In this document: one piece after another, positions 20,312 through 29,907 of the stretch | Numbering within the stretch: position 1 is the first letter of the stretch | Layout of the letters: every line of letters starts with the position of its first letter | Assembly: GCA_021205095.1 (NCBI GenBank) | Contig: JAJPYE010000007.1 | Coordinates: 62,338-126,337 of the forward strand | DNA: 64,000 nt | Source: Oscillospiraceae bacterium | GTDB lineage: Bacteria > Bacillota > Clostridia > Oscillospirales > Oscillospiraceae | Reading direction: 5' to 3' | Translations under genes and position numbers: made by a program | Notes under the pieces: generated by a model | Seen by the model: the letters and a program-made list of their open reading frames with translations, nothing else | Database searches by the model: none | What the model was told of the DNA's origin: nothing

Positions 20312-20341
20312 GCCAGCCGGTTTCCCGGCGGCGCTTTTTTT
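20312..20341 (+). terminator. Expression-platform terminator of the SAM riboswitch
   Basis: GCC(A)GCCGG-TTTC-CCGGCGGC stem followed by GCTTTTTTT, 60 nt before the metK ATG. Confidence 0.8.
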
Positions 20342-20401
20342 ATGGCTTTTATCATTCATGTTCGCGTGTAAGACGCGAGGAAAAAAGGAGTTAGATACAT
20401 A

Positions 20402-21598
20402 ATGGGACACTATTTATTCACCTCTGAATCGGTTACGGAGGGGCATCCTGACAAGGTTTGCGACCAAATATCGGACGCCGTGCTGGACGCCATCATGGCC
20501 CAGGATCCCCAGGGCCATGTGGCCTGCGAGTGTACCGCCACCACCGGCGTGATCTACGTCATGGGCGAGATTAGCACAAGCTGCTATGTGGACATTCCCA
20601 AAATTGCGAGAGACGTGCTGCGGGACATCGGCTATGACCGGGCTAAATACGGCATGGACGCGGAGACCTGCGCCGTGCTGACGGCCATCGACGAGCAGTC
20701 CCCGGACATTGCCATGGGCGTGAACAAAAGCCTGGAGCAGAAGGAGGGCGGCACGGATGCGGAGCTGGAGACCGGCGCAGGCGACCAGGGCATGATGTTC
20801 GGCTATGCCTGTGACGAGACCCCGGAGCTTATGCCCCTGCCCATCAGCCTGGCCCAGAAAATGGCCCGCCGCCTGGCCCAAGTGCGGAAGGACGGCACCC
20901 TGCCCTATCTCCGCCCGGACGGGAAGACCCAGGTCACAGTGGAATATGACGGCGACAACAAGCCCGTGAAGGTGGAAACGGTGGTGGTGTCCACCCAGCA
21001 CGCCCCGGAGGTCTCTCTGGAGCAGATTCGGGAGGACATCATCAAATATGTGGTGGAGCCGATTATTCCCGCCGATTTGAACAAGGGGGATATTAAATAT
21101 TATGTAAACCCCACGGGCCGTTTCGTAGTGGGCGGGCCCCAGGGGGATTCCGGCCTGACCGGGCGGAAGATCATTGTGGACACCTACGGCGGCAGCGCCC
21201 CCCACGGCGGCGGTGCCTTCTCCGGCAAGGATCCCACCAAGGTTGACCGCAGCGCGGCCTATGCTGCCCGCTGGGTGGCGAAGAATATCGTAGCCGCCGG
21301 ATTGGCCAGCCGCTGCCAGGTGCAGCTTGCCTATGCCATCGGCGTGGCCACCCCGGTGTCCATCAACGTGACCACCTTCGGCACCGGCACGGTGTCCGAC
21401 GATGTGCTTCAGCAGGCGGTGAGCCAGGTGTTCGACCTGCGCCCGGCGGCAATCATCCGGGATCTGGATTTGCGTAAGCCCATCTACCGCAAGCTGGCGG
21501 CCTACGGCCACATGGGCCGGGAGGATCTAGGCGTCCGATGGGAGCAGCGGGATAAGGTGGAGGCCCTCAAGGCTGCTGTGGCGGCCATCCAGGGGTGA
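20402..21598 (+). CDS. metK: S-adenosylmethionine synthetase
   Basis: [19 protein letters not shown] and GGGAFSGKD motifs. Confidence 0.95.
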   Translation: MGHYLFTSESVTEGHPDKVCDQISDAVLDAIMAQDPQGHVACECTATTGVIYVMGEISTSCYVDIPKIARDVLRDIGYDRAKYGMDAETCAVLTAIDEQSPDIAMGVNKSLEQKEGGTDAELETGAGDQGMMFGYACDETPELMPLPISLAQKMARRLAQVRKDGTLPYLRPDGKTQVTVEYDGDNKPVKVETVVVSTQHAPEVSLEQIREDIIKYVVEPIIPADLNKGDIKYYVNPTGRFVVGGPQGDSGLTGRKIIVDTYGGSAPHGGGAFSGKDPTKVDRSAAYAARWVAKNIVAAGLASRCQVQLAYAIGVATPVSINVTTFGTGTVSDDVLQQAVSQVFDLRPAAIIRDLDLRKPIYRKLAAYGHMGREDLGVRWEQRDKVEALKAAVAAIQG

Positions 21599-21632
21599 GA
21601 CAGTATCAGTTTATGCGGAAAGGCGGAATCCT

Positions 21633-22868
21633 ATGAGTACCGTTCGTGACATACAGCTCGCCCCGTCGGGGGAGAGAAAAATTGCCTGGGTAGCCCGGAA
21701 TATGCCCCTTTGCAGCGCGATTGCAGAGGATTTTCGGCGTGACAAGCCCTTTGTGGGGTTAAAGGTGGCCCTGTCCGTCCACCTGGAGGCCAAGACCGCC
21801 TACCTCTGCCGGGTGCTGGCCCAGGGCGGCGCGGAAATGCACATCACAGGCTCCAACCCCCTGTCCACCCAGGACGACGTAGCCGCCGCCCTGGCGGCTG
21901 GAGGGCTGGAGGTTCACGCTGTCCACGGCTGCACGGCGGAGGAGTATGACGCAAATATCGACAAGGTGCTGGCCGTCGGGCCGAATATCATCATCGACGA
22001 CGGGGGAGACCTGGTTCATCGTATCCATGAGAAGTTCCCTGAACTGCTCCCCGGCGTGATTGGTTCCTGCGAGGAGACCACCACCGGCATCATCCGCCTG
22101 AAGCAGATGGCCAAGGCCGGGACGCTGCGGTTTCCCGCAGTCATGGTGAACGAGGCGGACTGCAAGCACCTGTTCGATAACCGCTACGGCACCGGCCAGT
22201 CCGTCTGGGACGGCATTATGCGTACCACAAACCTAATCGTGGCCGGGAAGGACGTGGTGGTGGCCGGGTACGGCTGGTGCGGCAAGGGCGTGGCCATGCG
22301 GGCCAACGGCCTGGGGGCCAGAGTCATTGTGACGGAGACCGATCCCATCCGGGCCATCGAGGCGGTGATGGACGGATACCGGGTCATGCCCATGGCCCAG
22401 GCCGCCGCGCTGGGAGATATTTTCTGCACCGTCACGGGGGACTGCAAGGTCATCGGGCGGGAGCATTTCCCCCTGCTGAAGGACGGCGCTATTCTCACCA
22501 ATGCCGGTCACTTCAACGTGGAGGTGGACATGGAGGCGCTGGAGGCTTACGCCACAGACAAATATGAAGCCCGTCAGAATATCACCGGCTATCGCCTGCC
22601 CAATGGCCGGACGGCGTTCGTCATTGCGGAGGGGCGGCTTGTAAACCTGGCCTCCGGCGACGGCCACCCGGCGGAGATTATGGATATGAGCTTCGCCATT
22701 CAGGCCCTGAGCGCCCGTTACCTGGCAGATAACCGGGGCAGGCTGTCCCCCGGCGTGGTACCCGTTCCCAGGGAGATTGACCTGGAGGTAGCCCGCAAAA
22801 AGCTCTCCACCCTGGGCGTAGCAATAGACACCCTGACCGAAGAGCAAAGGGAATACATCGGGACGTAA
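21633..22868 (+). CDS. ahcY: Adenosylhomocysteinase (short, archaeal/Firmicute type)
   Basis: NAD-binding VVAGYGWCGKG and EETTTG motifs; 411 aa. Confidence 0.9.
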   Translation: MSTVRDIQLAPSGERKIAWVARNMPLCSAIAEDFRRDKPFVGLKVALSVHLEAKTAYLCRVLAQGGAEMHITGSNPLSTQDDVAAALAAGGLEVHAVHGCTAEEYDANIDKVLAVGPNIIIDDGGDLVHRIHEKFPELLPGVIGSCEETTTGIIRLKQMAKAGTLRFPAVMVNEADCKHLFDNRYGTGQSVWDGIMRTTNLIVAGKDVVVAGYGWCGKGVAMRANGLGARVIVTETDPIRAIEAVMDGYRVMPMAQAAALGDIFCTVTGDCKVIGREHFPLLKDGAILTNAGHFNVEVDMEALEAYATDKYEARQNITGYRLPNGRTAFVIAEGRLVNLASGDGHPAEIMDMSFAIQALSARYLADNRGRLSPGVVPVPREIDLEVARKKLSTLGVAIDTLTEEQREYIGT

Positions 22869-22918
22869 ACAGGAGAAGCACAGGCTCAGGTTAAGGAACC
22901 TTCCAATATTATAATATA

Positions 22919-22964
22919 CTACAGGGGTACCGTCAAAATGGTCGTTTTGACAGTACCCCTGTAG
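22919..22964. terminator. Long palindromic hairpin between convergent ahcY and trpS
   Basis: CTACAGGGGTAC-C-GTCAAAA / TTTTGAC-A-GTACCCCTGTAG, about 19 paired positions. Confidence 0.7.
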
Positions 22965-22998
22965 CTTGGAATCGGTATTCAATATGGCTGATGAACCC

Positions 22999-24012
22999 TC
23001 AGGGCATCGCCACCAGGCCCACCTTTTTGCGAACCTTCCGCAGAGTCTTGTTCGCCACGTAGGAGGCTTTTTCTGCGCCGGTGCGGCAGAGATCTTCCAG
23101 ATACGCCTTATCCTTGATGAGCCGCTGGGATTCCTCCCGGATGGGGCGGAGAGTCTCTACCACGGCCTCACCCACGGCGGCTTTGAAATCGCCATAGCCG
23201 TGACCCGCAAATTCAGCGGTTATCTGGTCGTAGTCTCTGCCGGTGCAGGAGGCGTATATCTGCATCAGATTTGCCACGCCGGGCTTGTTTTCCGGGTCGT
23301 AGCGGACGCAGTTTTCGCCGGTGTCGCTGTCCGTGACAGCCCGCTTGAATTTCCGCATAATGTCCGCCGGGTCGTCCATCAGGCACACCCGCCCGTTGCC
23401 GGTCTTGTCGGACTTGGACATTTTTTTCGTCGGCTCCAGCAAATCCATCACCCTGGCCCCTACCTTGGGAATGTAAGGCTCCGGGATTTTGAACACGTCC
23501 CCGTAAATGCCGTTGAAGCGGTGGGCCACGTCGCGGGTCAGTTCGACGTGCTGCTTCTGGTCGCCGCCCACGGGGACGTAGTCCGGCTGATAGAGCAGAA
23601 TGTCCGCCGCCATCAGAGCGGGGTAGGTGAACAGACCGCCGTTGACGTTATCCGCGTTTTTGGCGGATTTCTCTTTAAACTGGGTCATGCGGGACAGCTC
23701 CCCGAACATGGTGTAGCAGTTGAGAATCCACCCCAGCTCCGCATGGGCGGGAACGTGGGACTGAATGAACAGGGTGTTTTTGTCCGGGTCAAGGCCGCAG
23801 GCCACATACTGGGCCATCTGCTCCAGGGTGCGCCTCCGCAGGTCGGCGGGAACCTGCCGGGAGGTCAGGGAGTGGAGGTCGGCCATGAAGTAGTAGCAGT
23901 CAAACTGCTCCGCCCGTTCCGCCCAGGTTTTGATGGCCCCCAGATAGGAGCCGAGGGTCAAGTCCCCGGAGGGCTGTATGCCGGAGAGCATTACTTTTCT
24001 TTTCTCGTCCAT
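22999..24012 (-). CDS. trpS: Tryptophan--tRNA ligase
   Basis: Class I aaRS with the KMSKS motif as KMSKSD. N-terminus MDEKRKVMLSGIQPSG. The track ORF adds 10 codons. Confidence 0.9.
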   Translation of the reverse strand: MDEKRKVMLSGIQPSGDLTLGSYLGAIKTWAERAEQFDCYYFMADLHSLTSRQVPADLRRRTLEQMAQYVACGLDPDKNTLFIQSHVPAHAELGWILNCYTMFGELSRMTQFKEKSAKNADNVNGGLFTYPALMAADILLYQPDYVPVGGDQKQHVELTRDVAHRFNGIYGDVFKIPEPYIPKVGARVMDLLEPTKKMSKSDKTGNGRVCLMDDPADIMRKFKRAVTDSDTGENCVRYDPENKPGVANLMQIYASCTGRDYDQITAEFAGHGYGDFKAAVGEAVVETLRPIREESQRLIKDKAYLEDLCRTGAEKASYVANKTLRKVRKKVGLVAMP

Positions 24013-24080
24013 ATTGTTCGCTCTTTCTACGGCGGGACGCATCCCAGGCCGTGCTTACGTTGTTATTTCAGTATTTATTT

Positions 24081-24110
24081 ATCTTAACACAACCGATTAA
24101 CGCTTGACAA
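24081..24110 (-). promoter_or_regulatory. Candidate trpS promoter
   Basis: On the minus strand: TTGTCA (24105-24110), 18 nt, TAAGAT (24081-24086). Confidence 0.35.
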
Positions 24111-24132
24111 GTGGGAAAGAATAAAATACTAT
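24104..24132 (+). promoter_or_regulatory. Candidate gltX promoter
   Basis: TTGACA (24104-24109), 17 nt, TACTAT (24127-24132). Confidence 0.5.
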
Positions 24133-24181
24133 TGAATGAAGGCGCAGTGACGCCGTTTTTGCGGAGGAGGAAGGACAAATT

Positions 24182-25663
24182 ATGACTGAACCAAACGAAA
24201 AGTTTTTTGAGGAGCTGGAAAGCCGCATCCCCAAGGGGGAGGTGCGCACCCGGTTCGCCCCAAGCCCCACGGGGTATATGCACGTTGGAAACCTGCGGAC
24301 GGCCCTGTATACCTGGTGCATTGCCCGCCACAGCGGGGGAAAATTCCTCCTGCGTATTGAGGACACGGATCAGGCCCGCCTGGTGGAGGGCGCGGTGGAT
24401 GTTATTTACAACACCCTGACGGACTGCGGCCTGGACTGGGACGAGGGGCCGGACAAGGGCGGCCCGGTGGGGCCGTATGTCCAGACGGAGCGGCGGGGGC
24501 TGTATCTGCCCTATGCCCAGCGTTTGGTTCGCCGGGGCCACGCCTATTACTGCTTCTGCGAGAAGGCGGCCTCGGAGGAGGACAGCGGAGATTTTGAGCG
24601 GGAGGCCGACCCATGCCGGGAGCTATCGGAGGAGGAGGTTCAGCGCCGGCTGGCGGCGGGGGACGCCTACGTCATCCGCCAGAAGATTCCCCAGGAGGGA
24701 ACCACCACCTTCCACGACGAGATTTTCGGAGACGTTACGGTTCCCAACAAGGACTTGGACGACCAGGTGCTTATAAAGCGGGACGGCCTGCCCACCTATA
24801 ATTTTGCGAATGTCATAGACGACCACCTGATGGGGATCACCCATGTGGTGCGGGGTTCGGAATATCTCTCCAGCTCTCCCAAGTATAACCTGCTGTATGA
24901 GGGCTTCGGCTGGGATATTCCCAAATATGTCCACTGCCCGCCGGTAATGCGGGACGCCCACAGCAAGATGTCCAAGCGCCACGGCGACCCCTCCTATGAG
25001 GATCTGGTGGAGGAGGGCTATCTCCGGGCGGCCATTGTGAACTATGTGGCGCTGCTGGGCTGGGCCCCCGGCGGGGAGCGGGAGATCTATTCCATCCGGG
25101 AGCTGGCGGAGGCGTTCGACGTTTCCGGCATATCCAAAAGCCCTGCTATCTTCGACAAGGAAAAGCTTACATACTTTAACGCTACCTATATCCGGGCCAT
25201 GGAGCCTGGGGACTTTGCGGCGGCGGCGGAGCCGTACATCCGCCAGGCGGTGAAAAATCCGGCTATAGACCCCGCCGCCATCGCCGCCCTGCTTCAGCAG
25301 CGGACGGAGGTACTGACGGACATTCCCGGCAAGCTTGGATTTTTCGACGCGCTGCCGGACTATGACACGGAGCTTTACGTCCACAAGAAATCCAAGTCGG
25401 ATAAGGAAAGCTCCCTGGCCATGCTGGAGGCGGCCCTGCCGGTGCTGGCGGCCCTGCCCGTCTGGGACGACGAGCATATCCACGAGGCTATGACCTCCCT
25501 GGCGGAAAAGCTGGAGGTGAAAAACGCCAAGCTGATGTGGCCGGTGCGTATCGCCGCCACCGGCACCGCTGTCACCCCCGGCGGCGCGGTGGAGCTGTGC
25601 CGGATTCTGGGCCGGGAGGAGACACTCCGGCGGCTGCAAGACGGTATCGAAAGACTGTCATAA
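24182..25663 (+). CDS. gltX: Glutamate--tRNA ligase
   Basis: RFAPSPTGYMHVGNLRTAL (HIGH region) and KMSKRHG (KMSKS). Confidence 0.95.
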   Translation: MTEPNEKFFEELESRIPKGEVRTRFAPSPTGYMHVGNLRTALYTWCIARHSGGKFLLRIEDTDQARLVEGAVDVIYNTLTDCGLDWDEGPDKGGPVGPYVQTERRGLYLPYAQRLVRRGHAYYCFCEKAASEEDSGDFEREADPCRELSEEEVQRRLAAGDAYVIRQKIPQEGTTTFHDEIFGDVTVPNKDLDDQVLIKRDGLPTYNFANVIDDHLMGITHVVRGSEYLSSSPKYNLLYEGFGWDIPKYVHCPPVMRDAHSKMSKRHGDPSYEDLVEEGYLRAAIVNYVALLGWAPGGEREIYSIRELAEAFDVSGISKSPAIFDKEKLTYFNATYIRAMEPGDFAAAAEPYIRQAVKNPAIDPAAIAALLQQRTEVLTDIPGKLGFFDALPDYDTELYVHKKSKSDKESSLAMLEAALPVLAALPVWDDEHIHEAMTSLAEKLEVKNAKLMWPVRIAATGTAVTPGGAVELCRILGREETLRRLQDGIERLS

Positions 25664-25680
25664 TAATTATAAATAATTAT

Positions 25681-25712
25681 AACTCCTCTGCGGAAAACGC
25701 AGAGGAGTTTTT
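25681..25712. terminator. Terminator between convergent gltX and the his operon end
   Basis: Perfect 12-bp stem AACTCCTCTGCG-GAAAA-CGCAGAGGAGTT followed by TTT, with AT-rich DNA on the other side. Confidence 0.85.
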
Positions 25713-25764
25713 AGTAAGTGGGAAAGGCGCGTGGGCAGCATGAAGATGCCGCCTTGTCCTGCTC

Positions 25765-26577
25765 TCACAACGGCACGGCCACAAACCGTTCTCCGTCAAA
25801 CTGCCATATTCTCTCGAAGCCAACGTCCCGGAGGAGGGCTTCGGTTTCGCGGAAGGCGTAGGCGATGCCGGAAGTGGCATGGGCGTCGGTGGTGATGGTG
25901 ACGCGCCCGTCCAGGGCCTTCAGGGTTCGGAGGAGGGCGGGGCTGGGGTATGGCGTATGGCGGTAGCCCCGGCTCATGGCCCCGGTGTTCACCTCAAAAA
26001 TCCGCCCCGCCTGCACCAGGGGCAGCATGGCCTGCCGGGCGCAGGTCTGGAACGCCTCCCCCTCCGGGTCGAACAGGCCGTCCGTCTCCCAGAACTTGCT
26101 GAGAAGGTCGAAGTGGCCCACGATGTCCGCCCTCCAGCCCTGGGCTATGGCCTGGTACTGGGCGAAATACGCCTCCATCATGGCCTTTTCGTCCCCGTGA
26201 AAATAGGTCTCCAGCGTCCTTCTGGTACTCTCGCCGCTCTCGTCGATGGTGGGCGTCCAGCCCTCCAGGGCAATATGGTGCAGGGAGCCGATGACATAGT
26301 CAAAGCCCGACGTGTCCTGGACGGAGAGACCGTCCATCTCTATGCCGCTGTAGACCGCAAGCCGCCCGGCGAAGGCGGCCCTGGTCTCCTTCACGGCGGC
26401 GAGATAAGCGGAGAGAGTCTCCGCCGTCAGGCTCCAGTCGTTTTCATAGGGGAGGATGGAGTGGCAGGAAAACCCAAGACTGGCAAACCCCGCGTCCAGG
26501 GCGGCCTGGGCCATCTCCATGGGGGTGTTCTGCCCGTCGTCAAAGACGGTATGGGTGTGAAGATTCTGGCGGCCCAT
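25765..26577 (-). CDS. Histidinol-phosphatase, PHP family
   Basis: NLHTHTVFDDG PHP metal-binding motif. It is the last gene of the his operon. Its ATG shares one nt with the hisIE stop (TAATG). Confidence 0.8.
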   Translation of the reverse strand: MGRQNLHTHTVFDDGQNTPMEMAQAALDAGFASLGFSCHSILPYENDWSLTAETLSAYLAAVKETRAAFAGRLAVYSGIEMDGLSVQDTSGFDYVIGSLHHIALEGWTPTIDESGESTRRTLETYFHGDEKAMMEAYFAQYQAIAQGWRADIVGHFDLLSKFWETDGLFDPEGEAFQTCARQAMLPLVQAGRIFEVNTGAMSRGYRHTPYPSPALLRTLKALDGRVTITTDAHATSGIAYAFRETEALLRDVGFERIWQFDGERFVAVPL

Positions 26578-27224
26578 TACTTCATCTTTTCCTGCTTGAC
26601 CTTGTGGTCGATGACGTGCCGGGAGGCAAGCTCCGCCGTCACATCGTCCAGGGAAATGCCCATCTGCACCATCAGCACCATGGCGTGATAGGCGAGGTCT
26701 GCCAGCTCATAAACGGTGTTTTCCTTGTCGTTGTCCTTGGCGGCAATGACCACCTCCGTGGCCTCCTCCCCTATCTTTTTGAGAATCTTGTCCGTCCCCT
26801 TCTCAAAGAGATAGGAGGTATAGGAGTTGGGGGGCGGGTTGTCCTTCCGACCCTGCAAAAGGGCCATCAGGCCCTCATAGGAAAAGGCCGGGGCGGTCTC
26901 GCCGGTATACACAAGGTCGTTAAAGCAGCTATCCGTCCCCAGATGGCAGGCGGGGCCGTCCTTCACCACCTCCACCACCAGGGCGTCCCGGTCACAGTCG
27001 GCGGTGATGGACACGATATGCTGATAGTTGCCGCTGGTCTCGCCCTTGAGCCAAAGCTCCTGGCGGCTGCGGCTGAAAAAGCAGGTCATGTCCTTTTCCA
27101 TGGAAATTTCCAGGCTCTCCCGGCTCATATAGGCCAGGGTCAGCACCTTTTTCGTCTGGGAATCAATGACGATGGCGGGGATAAGCCCCCGGTGGTCAAA
27201 GGTCAGTTCGTCTATATTAAGCAT
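26577..27224 (-). CDS. hisI: Bifunctional phosphoribosyl-AMP cyclohydrolase / phosphoribosyl-ATP pyrophosphatase
   Basis: HisI domain (WLKGETSGN, DCDRDAL) fused to a HisE domain (KKIGEEATEV). Confidence 0.9.
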   Translation of the reverse strand: MLNIDELTFDHRGLIPAIVIDSQTKKVLTLAYMSRESLEISMEKDMTCFFSRSRQELWLKGETSGNYQHIVSITADCDRDALVVEVVKDGPACHLGTDSCFNDLVYTGETAPAFSYEGLMALLQGRKDNPPPNSYTSYLFEKGTDKILKKIGEEATEVVIAAKDNDKENTVYELADLAYHAMVLMVQMGISLDDVTAELASRHVIDHKVKQEKMK

Positions 27225-27987
27225 GGTTCTCTCTCCTTACCAAAATTCCGTTTTCTGCCAGGGTATCCTTCAAATCCGGGATGGTCAGCTCCCCGAAGTG
27301 GAATATCCCCGCGGCCAGCCCCGCGTCCACCTTGGGAAGCGTTTTGAACAGCGTCACAAAATCCTCCGCGCACCCGGCCCCGCCGGAGGCGATCACCGGC
27401 ACGCTCACGGCCTGGCACACGGCGTCCAGCATTTCCAGGTCGAAGCCGCCCTTCACGCCGTCCGTGTCGATGGAGTTTAGGACGATCTCGCCCGCGCCCA
27501 GGGCCACGCCCCGCTTGATCCATTCTATCGCGTCAAGGCCCGTGTCGTCCCGGCCCCCGCGGGCAAAGACCCGGAAGCCGCCGTCCAGGCGCTTCGCGTC
27601 CACGGACAGCACAACGCACTGGCTGCCGTACCGCTGGGCGGCGTCATGGATGAGCTGGGGATTTTTGATGGCCCCGGAGTTCACGCTGACCTTGTCCGCC
27701 CCGCATTTCAGCACCCGGTCGAAATCGGCCACGGTGTTGATGCCGCCGCCCACGGTCAGGGGAATGAATACCGTGGAGGCCGTCTGGCGCAGGATGTCCG
27801 TGAACAGGGCGCGGCCCTCGGCGGAGGCGGTGATGTCGTAAAACACCAGTTCGTCCGCGCCGCTGCAGGAATAATATTCCGCGAGCTTCACTGGGTTCGA
27901 CACGTCGGCCAGACCCAGGAAGTTCACGCCCTTGACCACCCGCCCGTCCTTTACGTCCAGGCAGGGGATAATGCGTTTTGTAATCAT
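27217..27987 (-). CDS. hisF: Imidazole glycerol phosphate synthase, cyclase subunit
   Basis: KRIIPCLDVKDGRVVKG N-terminus and the (beta/alpha)8 HisF pattern. Confidence 0.95.
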   Translation of the reverse strand: MITKRIIPCLDVKDGRVVKGVNFLGLADVSNPVKLAEYYSCSGADELVFYDITASAEGRALFTDILRQTASTVFIPLTVGGGINTVADFDRVLKCGADKVSVNSGAIKNPQLIHDAAQRYGSQCVVLSVDAKRLDGGFRVFARGGRDDTGLDAIEWIKRGVALGAGEIVLNSIDTDGVKGGFDLEMLDAVCQAVSVPVIASGGAGCAEDFVTLFKTLPKVDAGLAAGIFHFGELTIPDLKDTLAENGILVRRENHA

Positions 27988-28697
27988 AATGCCACCTCGA
28001 TTGCCTCCCGGAGCTTTACCGCCCCGGTGTAATAGGCCCGGCCCAGGATGGCCCCGTGCAGGCCCATGTCCCGCAGGGCCTGAATGTCCTCAAGACTGGA
28101 TACCCCGCCGCTGGCGATAATGTCCATGGAATACCGGGCGGAAAGCTCGCTGTAAAGCGCCCGGTTCGCGCCGCCCATGGCCCCGTCCTTGGATATGTCT
28201 GTGCAGATGAGGGTCTTGACCCCGATGGCATCCAGCCGCTGGCAGAACTCGTCACAGGTGACGGCGCTGGTCTCCAGCCAGCCCTTGATGGCCACATAGC
28301 CGTCCCGGCAGTCCGCCCCGGCGGCGATATGACTTCCGTATTTTTCCACCATCTCCCGGAAAAAATCCCAGTCCGTGATGGCGGCGGTGCCTAAAATCAC
28401 CCGCTCCACTCCGGCGTCCAGATAGCGGCGGATGACGGCCTCGCTGCGGATGCCCCCGCCGATCTCGACCTTCAAATCTGTTCCGGCGGCGACGGCGGCC
28501 ACGGTGTCGAAGTTGGGGGTGTCCCCGTCCCTGGCCCCGGCCAGGTCTACCATGTGGATGTATTCTGCCCCGGCGGCCTGGAAATCCTTGGCGACCGCAA
28601 GGGGGCTGTCGCTGTATACGGTCATTTGGGCGTAGTCCCCCCGCAGCAGGCGGACGGCCTTGCCCTCGTATAAATCAATGGCAGGTAAAATAATCAT
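27984..28697 (-). CDS. hisA: ProFAR isomerase
   Basis: MIILPAIDLYEGKAVRL. ATG at 28697 preferred, with GAGGG 5 nt upstream. An in-frame GTG at 28709 would overlap the hisH stop. Confidence 0.9.
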   Translation of the reverse strand: MIILPAIDLYEGKAVRLLRGDYAQMTVYSDSPLAVAKDFQAAGAEYIHMVDLAGARDGDTPNFDTVAAVAAGTDLKVEIGGGIRSEAVIRRYLDAGVERVILGTAAITDWDFFREMVEKYGSHIAAGADCRDGYVAIKGWLETSAVTCDEFCQRLDAIGVKTLICTDISKDGAMGGANRALYSELSARYSMDIIASGGVSSLEDIQALRDMGLHGAILGRAYYTGAVKLREAIEVAL

Positions 28698-28705
28698 GGC
28701 GGCCC

Positions 28706-29320
28706 TCACATTTCGCAGAACGCCTGCAAAATCCGCAGGCCCACCGGGCCGCTCTTTTCCGGGTGGAACTGACAGCCCATGACGTTTTCCACGCCCACGG
28801 CGGCGGTCAGCTCCGGGCCGTATTCGGCGGTGGCCAGCACCGCGTCGCCGCAGTTGGCGCCATAGAAGCTGTGGACAAAATAGACGCAGTCGCCCTCCTG
28901 GATATGGCGGAACAGGGGGTGATCCTTCTGCCGCAGATGCAGCGCGTTCCAGCCGATGTGGGGAACCTTGTATCCCTCCGGGAGAATGGGGGACATATCC
29001 ACCACGTCCCCGTGGATAAGCCCCAGACCCGGATGCTCCCCGAACTCAAAGCTCCTGTCCAGCAGAAGCTGCATACCCAGGCATATGCCCAGAATATATT
29101 TCCCGCTTTTGGCCTGGGCTTTCACTGTCTCGTCAAGCCCCGCGGCGCGGAGCTTTTCCGCCGCGTCCCCGAAGGCCCCTACGCCGGGGAGAATCAGCTT
29201 CTCCGCCCGCTGTATCTCGCCCGCATCCCCGGTGACGACGGCCTCTGCCCCGATGGCGGCCAGGGAGTGCCGGAGGGAAAAGAGGTTTCCTACCCCGTAG
29301 TCGATAATGGCAATCATCAC
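28706..29320 (-). CDS. hisH: Imidazole glycerol phosphate synthase, glutaminase subunit
   Basis: IAIIDYGVGN, GICLGMQ catalytic Cys, and FHPEKS. Confidence 0.95.
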   Translation of the reverse strand: MMIAIIDYGVGNLFSLRHSLAAIGAEAVVTGDAGEIQRAEKLILPGVGAFGDAAEKLRAAGLDETVKAQAKSGKYILGICLGMQLLLDRSFEFGEHPGLGLIHGDVVDMSPILPEGYKVPHIGWNALHLRQKDHPLFRHIQEGDCVYFVHSFYGANCGDAVLATAEYGPELTAAVGVENVMGCQFHPEKSGPVGLRILQAFCEM

Positions 29321-29904
29321 AGCACCCCCTTGGTGGAGGGAATGGCGTCCGGCCTTGCCTCGTCCAGACTGACGGCCTCGCGAAGCGCCCGGCCAAAGCC
29401 CTTGAAGGCCGCCTCGATGATGTGATGGGTGTTCGTCCCGTCAAGCTGCCTTATGTGGAGCGTGACCCCGGCGGTGCGGGTGAAGGAGGTGAAAAACTCC
29501 TCCGTAAGCTCGGTGTCAAAATCCCCGACCCGCTGGGCGGGCAGGGCCATCTGATACCGCAGGCAGCTCCGCCCGGATATGTCCACGGCGCAGAGAACCA
29601 GGGCCTCGTCCATAGGCAGCAATATGCTCCCATACCGGCGGATGCCGCGCTTGTCTCCTATGGCCTGGGAAAAGGCCGTCCCCAGGGCGATGGCGATGTC
29701 CTCCGTGGTGTGGTGGCCGTCCACCTGAATGTCTCCCTTGCAGGAGACGGAGAGGTCAAACTGTCCGTGGCTGGCGAACAGGGTCAGCATATGGTCTAAA
29801 AAGCCAATGCCGGTGCTAATCTGCGCCTCGCCCGTTCCGTCCAGGCACAGGCCCAGAGTGATGTCGGTCTCGGCGGTCTTGCGGTCAATGACGGCGTTTC
29901 GCAT
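29317..29904 (-). CDS. hisB: Imidazoleglycerol-phosphate dehydratase
   Basis: R.TAETDI, HHTTEDIAIALG, and NTHHIIEAAFK. Confidence 0.95.
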   Translation of the reverse strand: MRNAVIDRKTAETDITLGLCLDGTGEAQISTGIGFLDHMLTLFASHGQFDLSVSCKGDIQVDGHHTTEDIAIALGTAFSQAIGDKRGIRRYGSILLPMDEALVLCAVDISGRSCLRYQMALPAQRVGDFDTELTEEFFTSFTRTAGVTLHIRQLDGTNTHHIIEAAFKGFGRALREAVSLDEARPDAIPSTKGVL

Positions 29905-29907
29905 GGG

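Noticed and set aside
24140-24160. A small hairpin GGCG-CAGTGA-CGCC followed by GTTTTT in the gltX leader, as a possible attenuator
   Set aside because: The 4-bp stem is too weak, and it sits next to the RBS.
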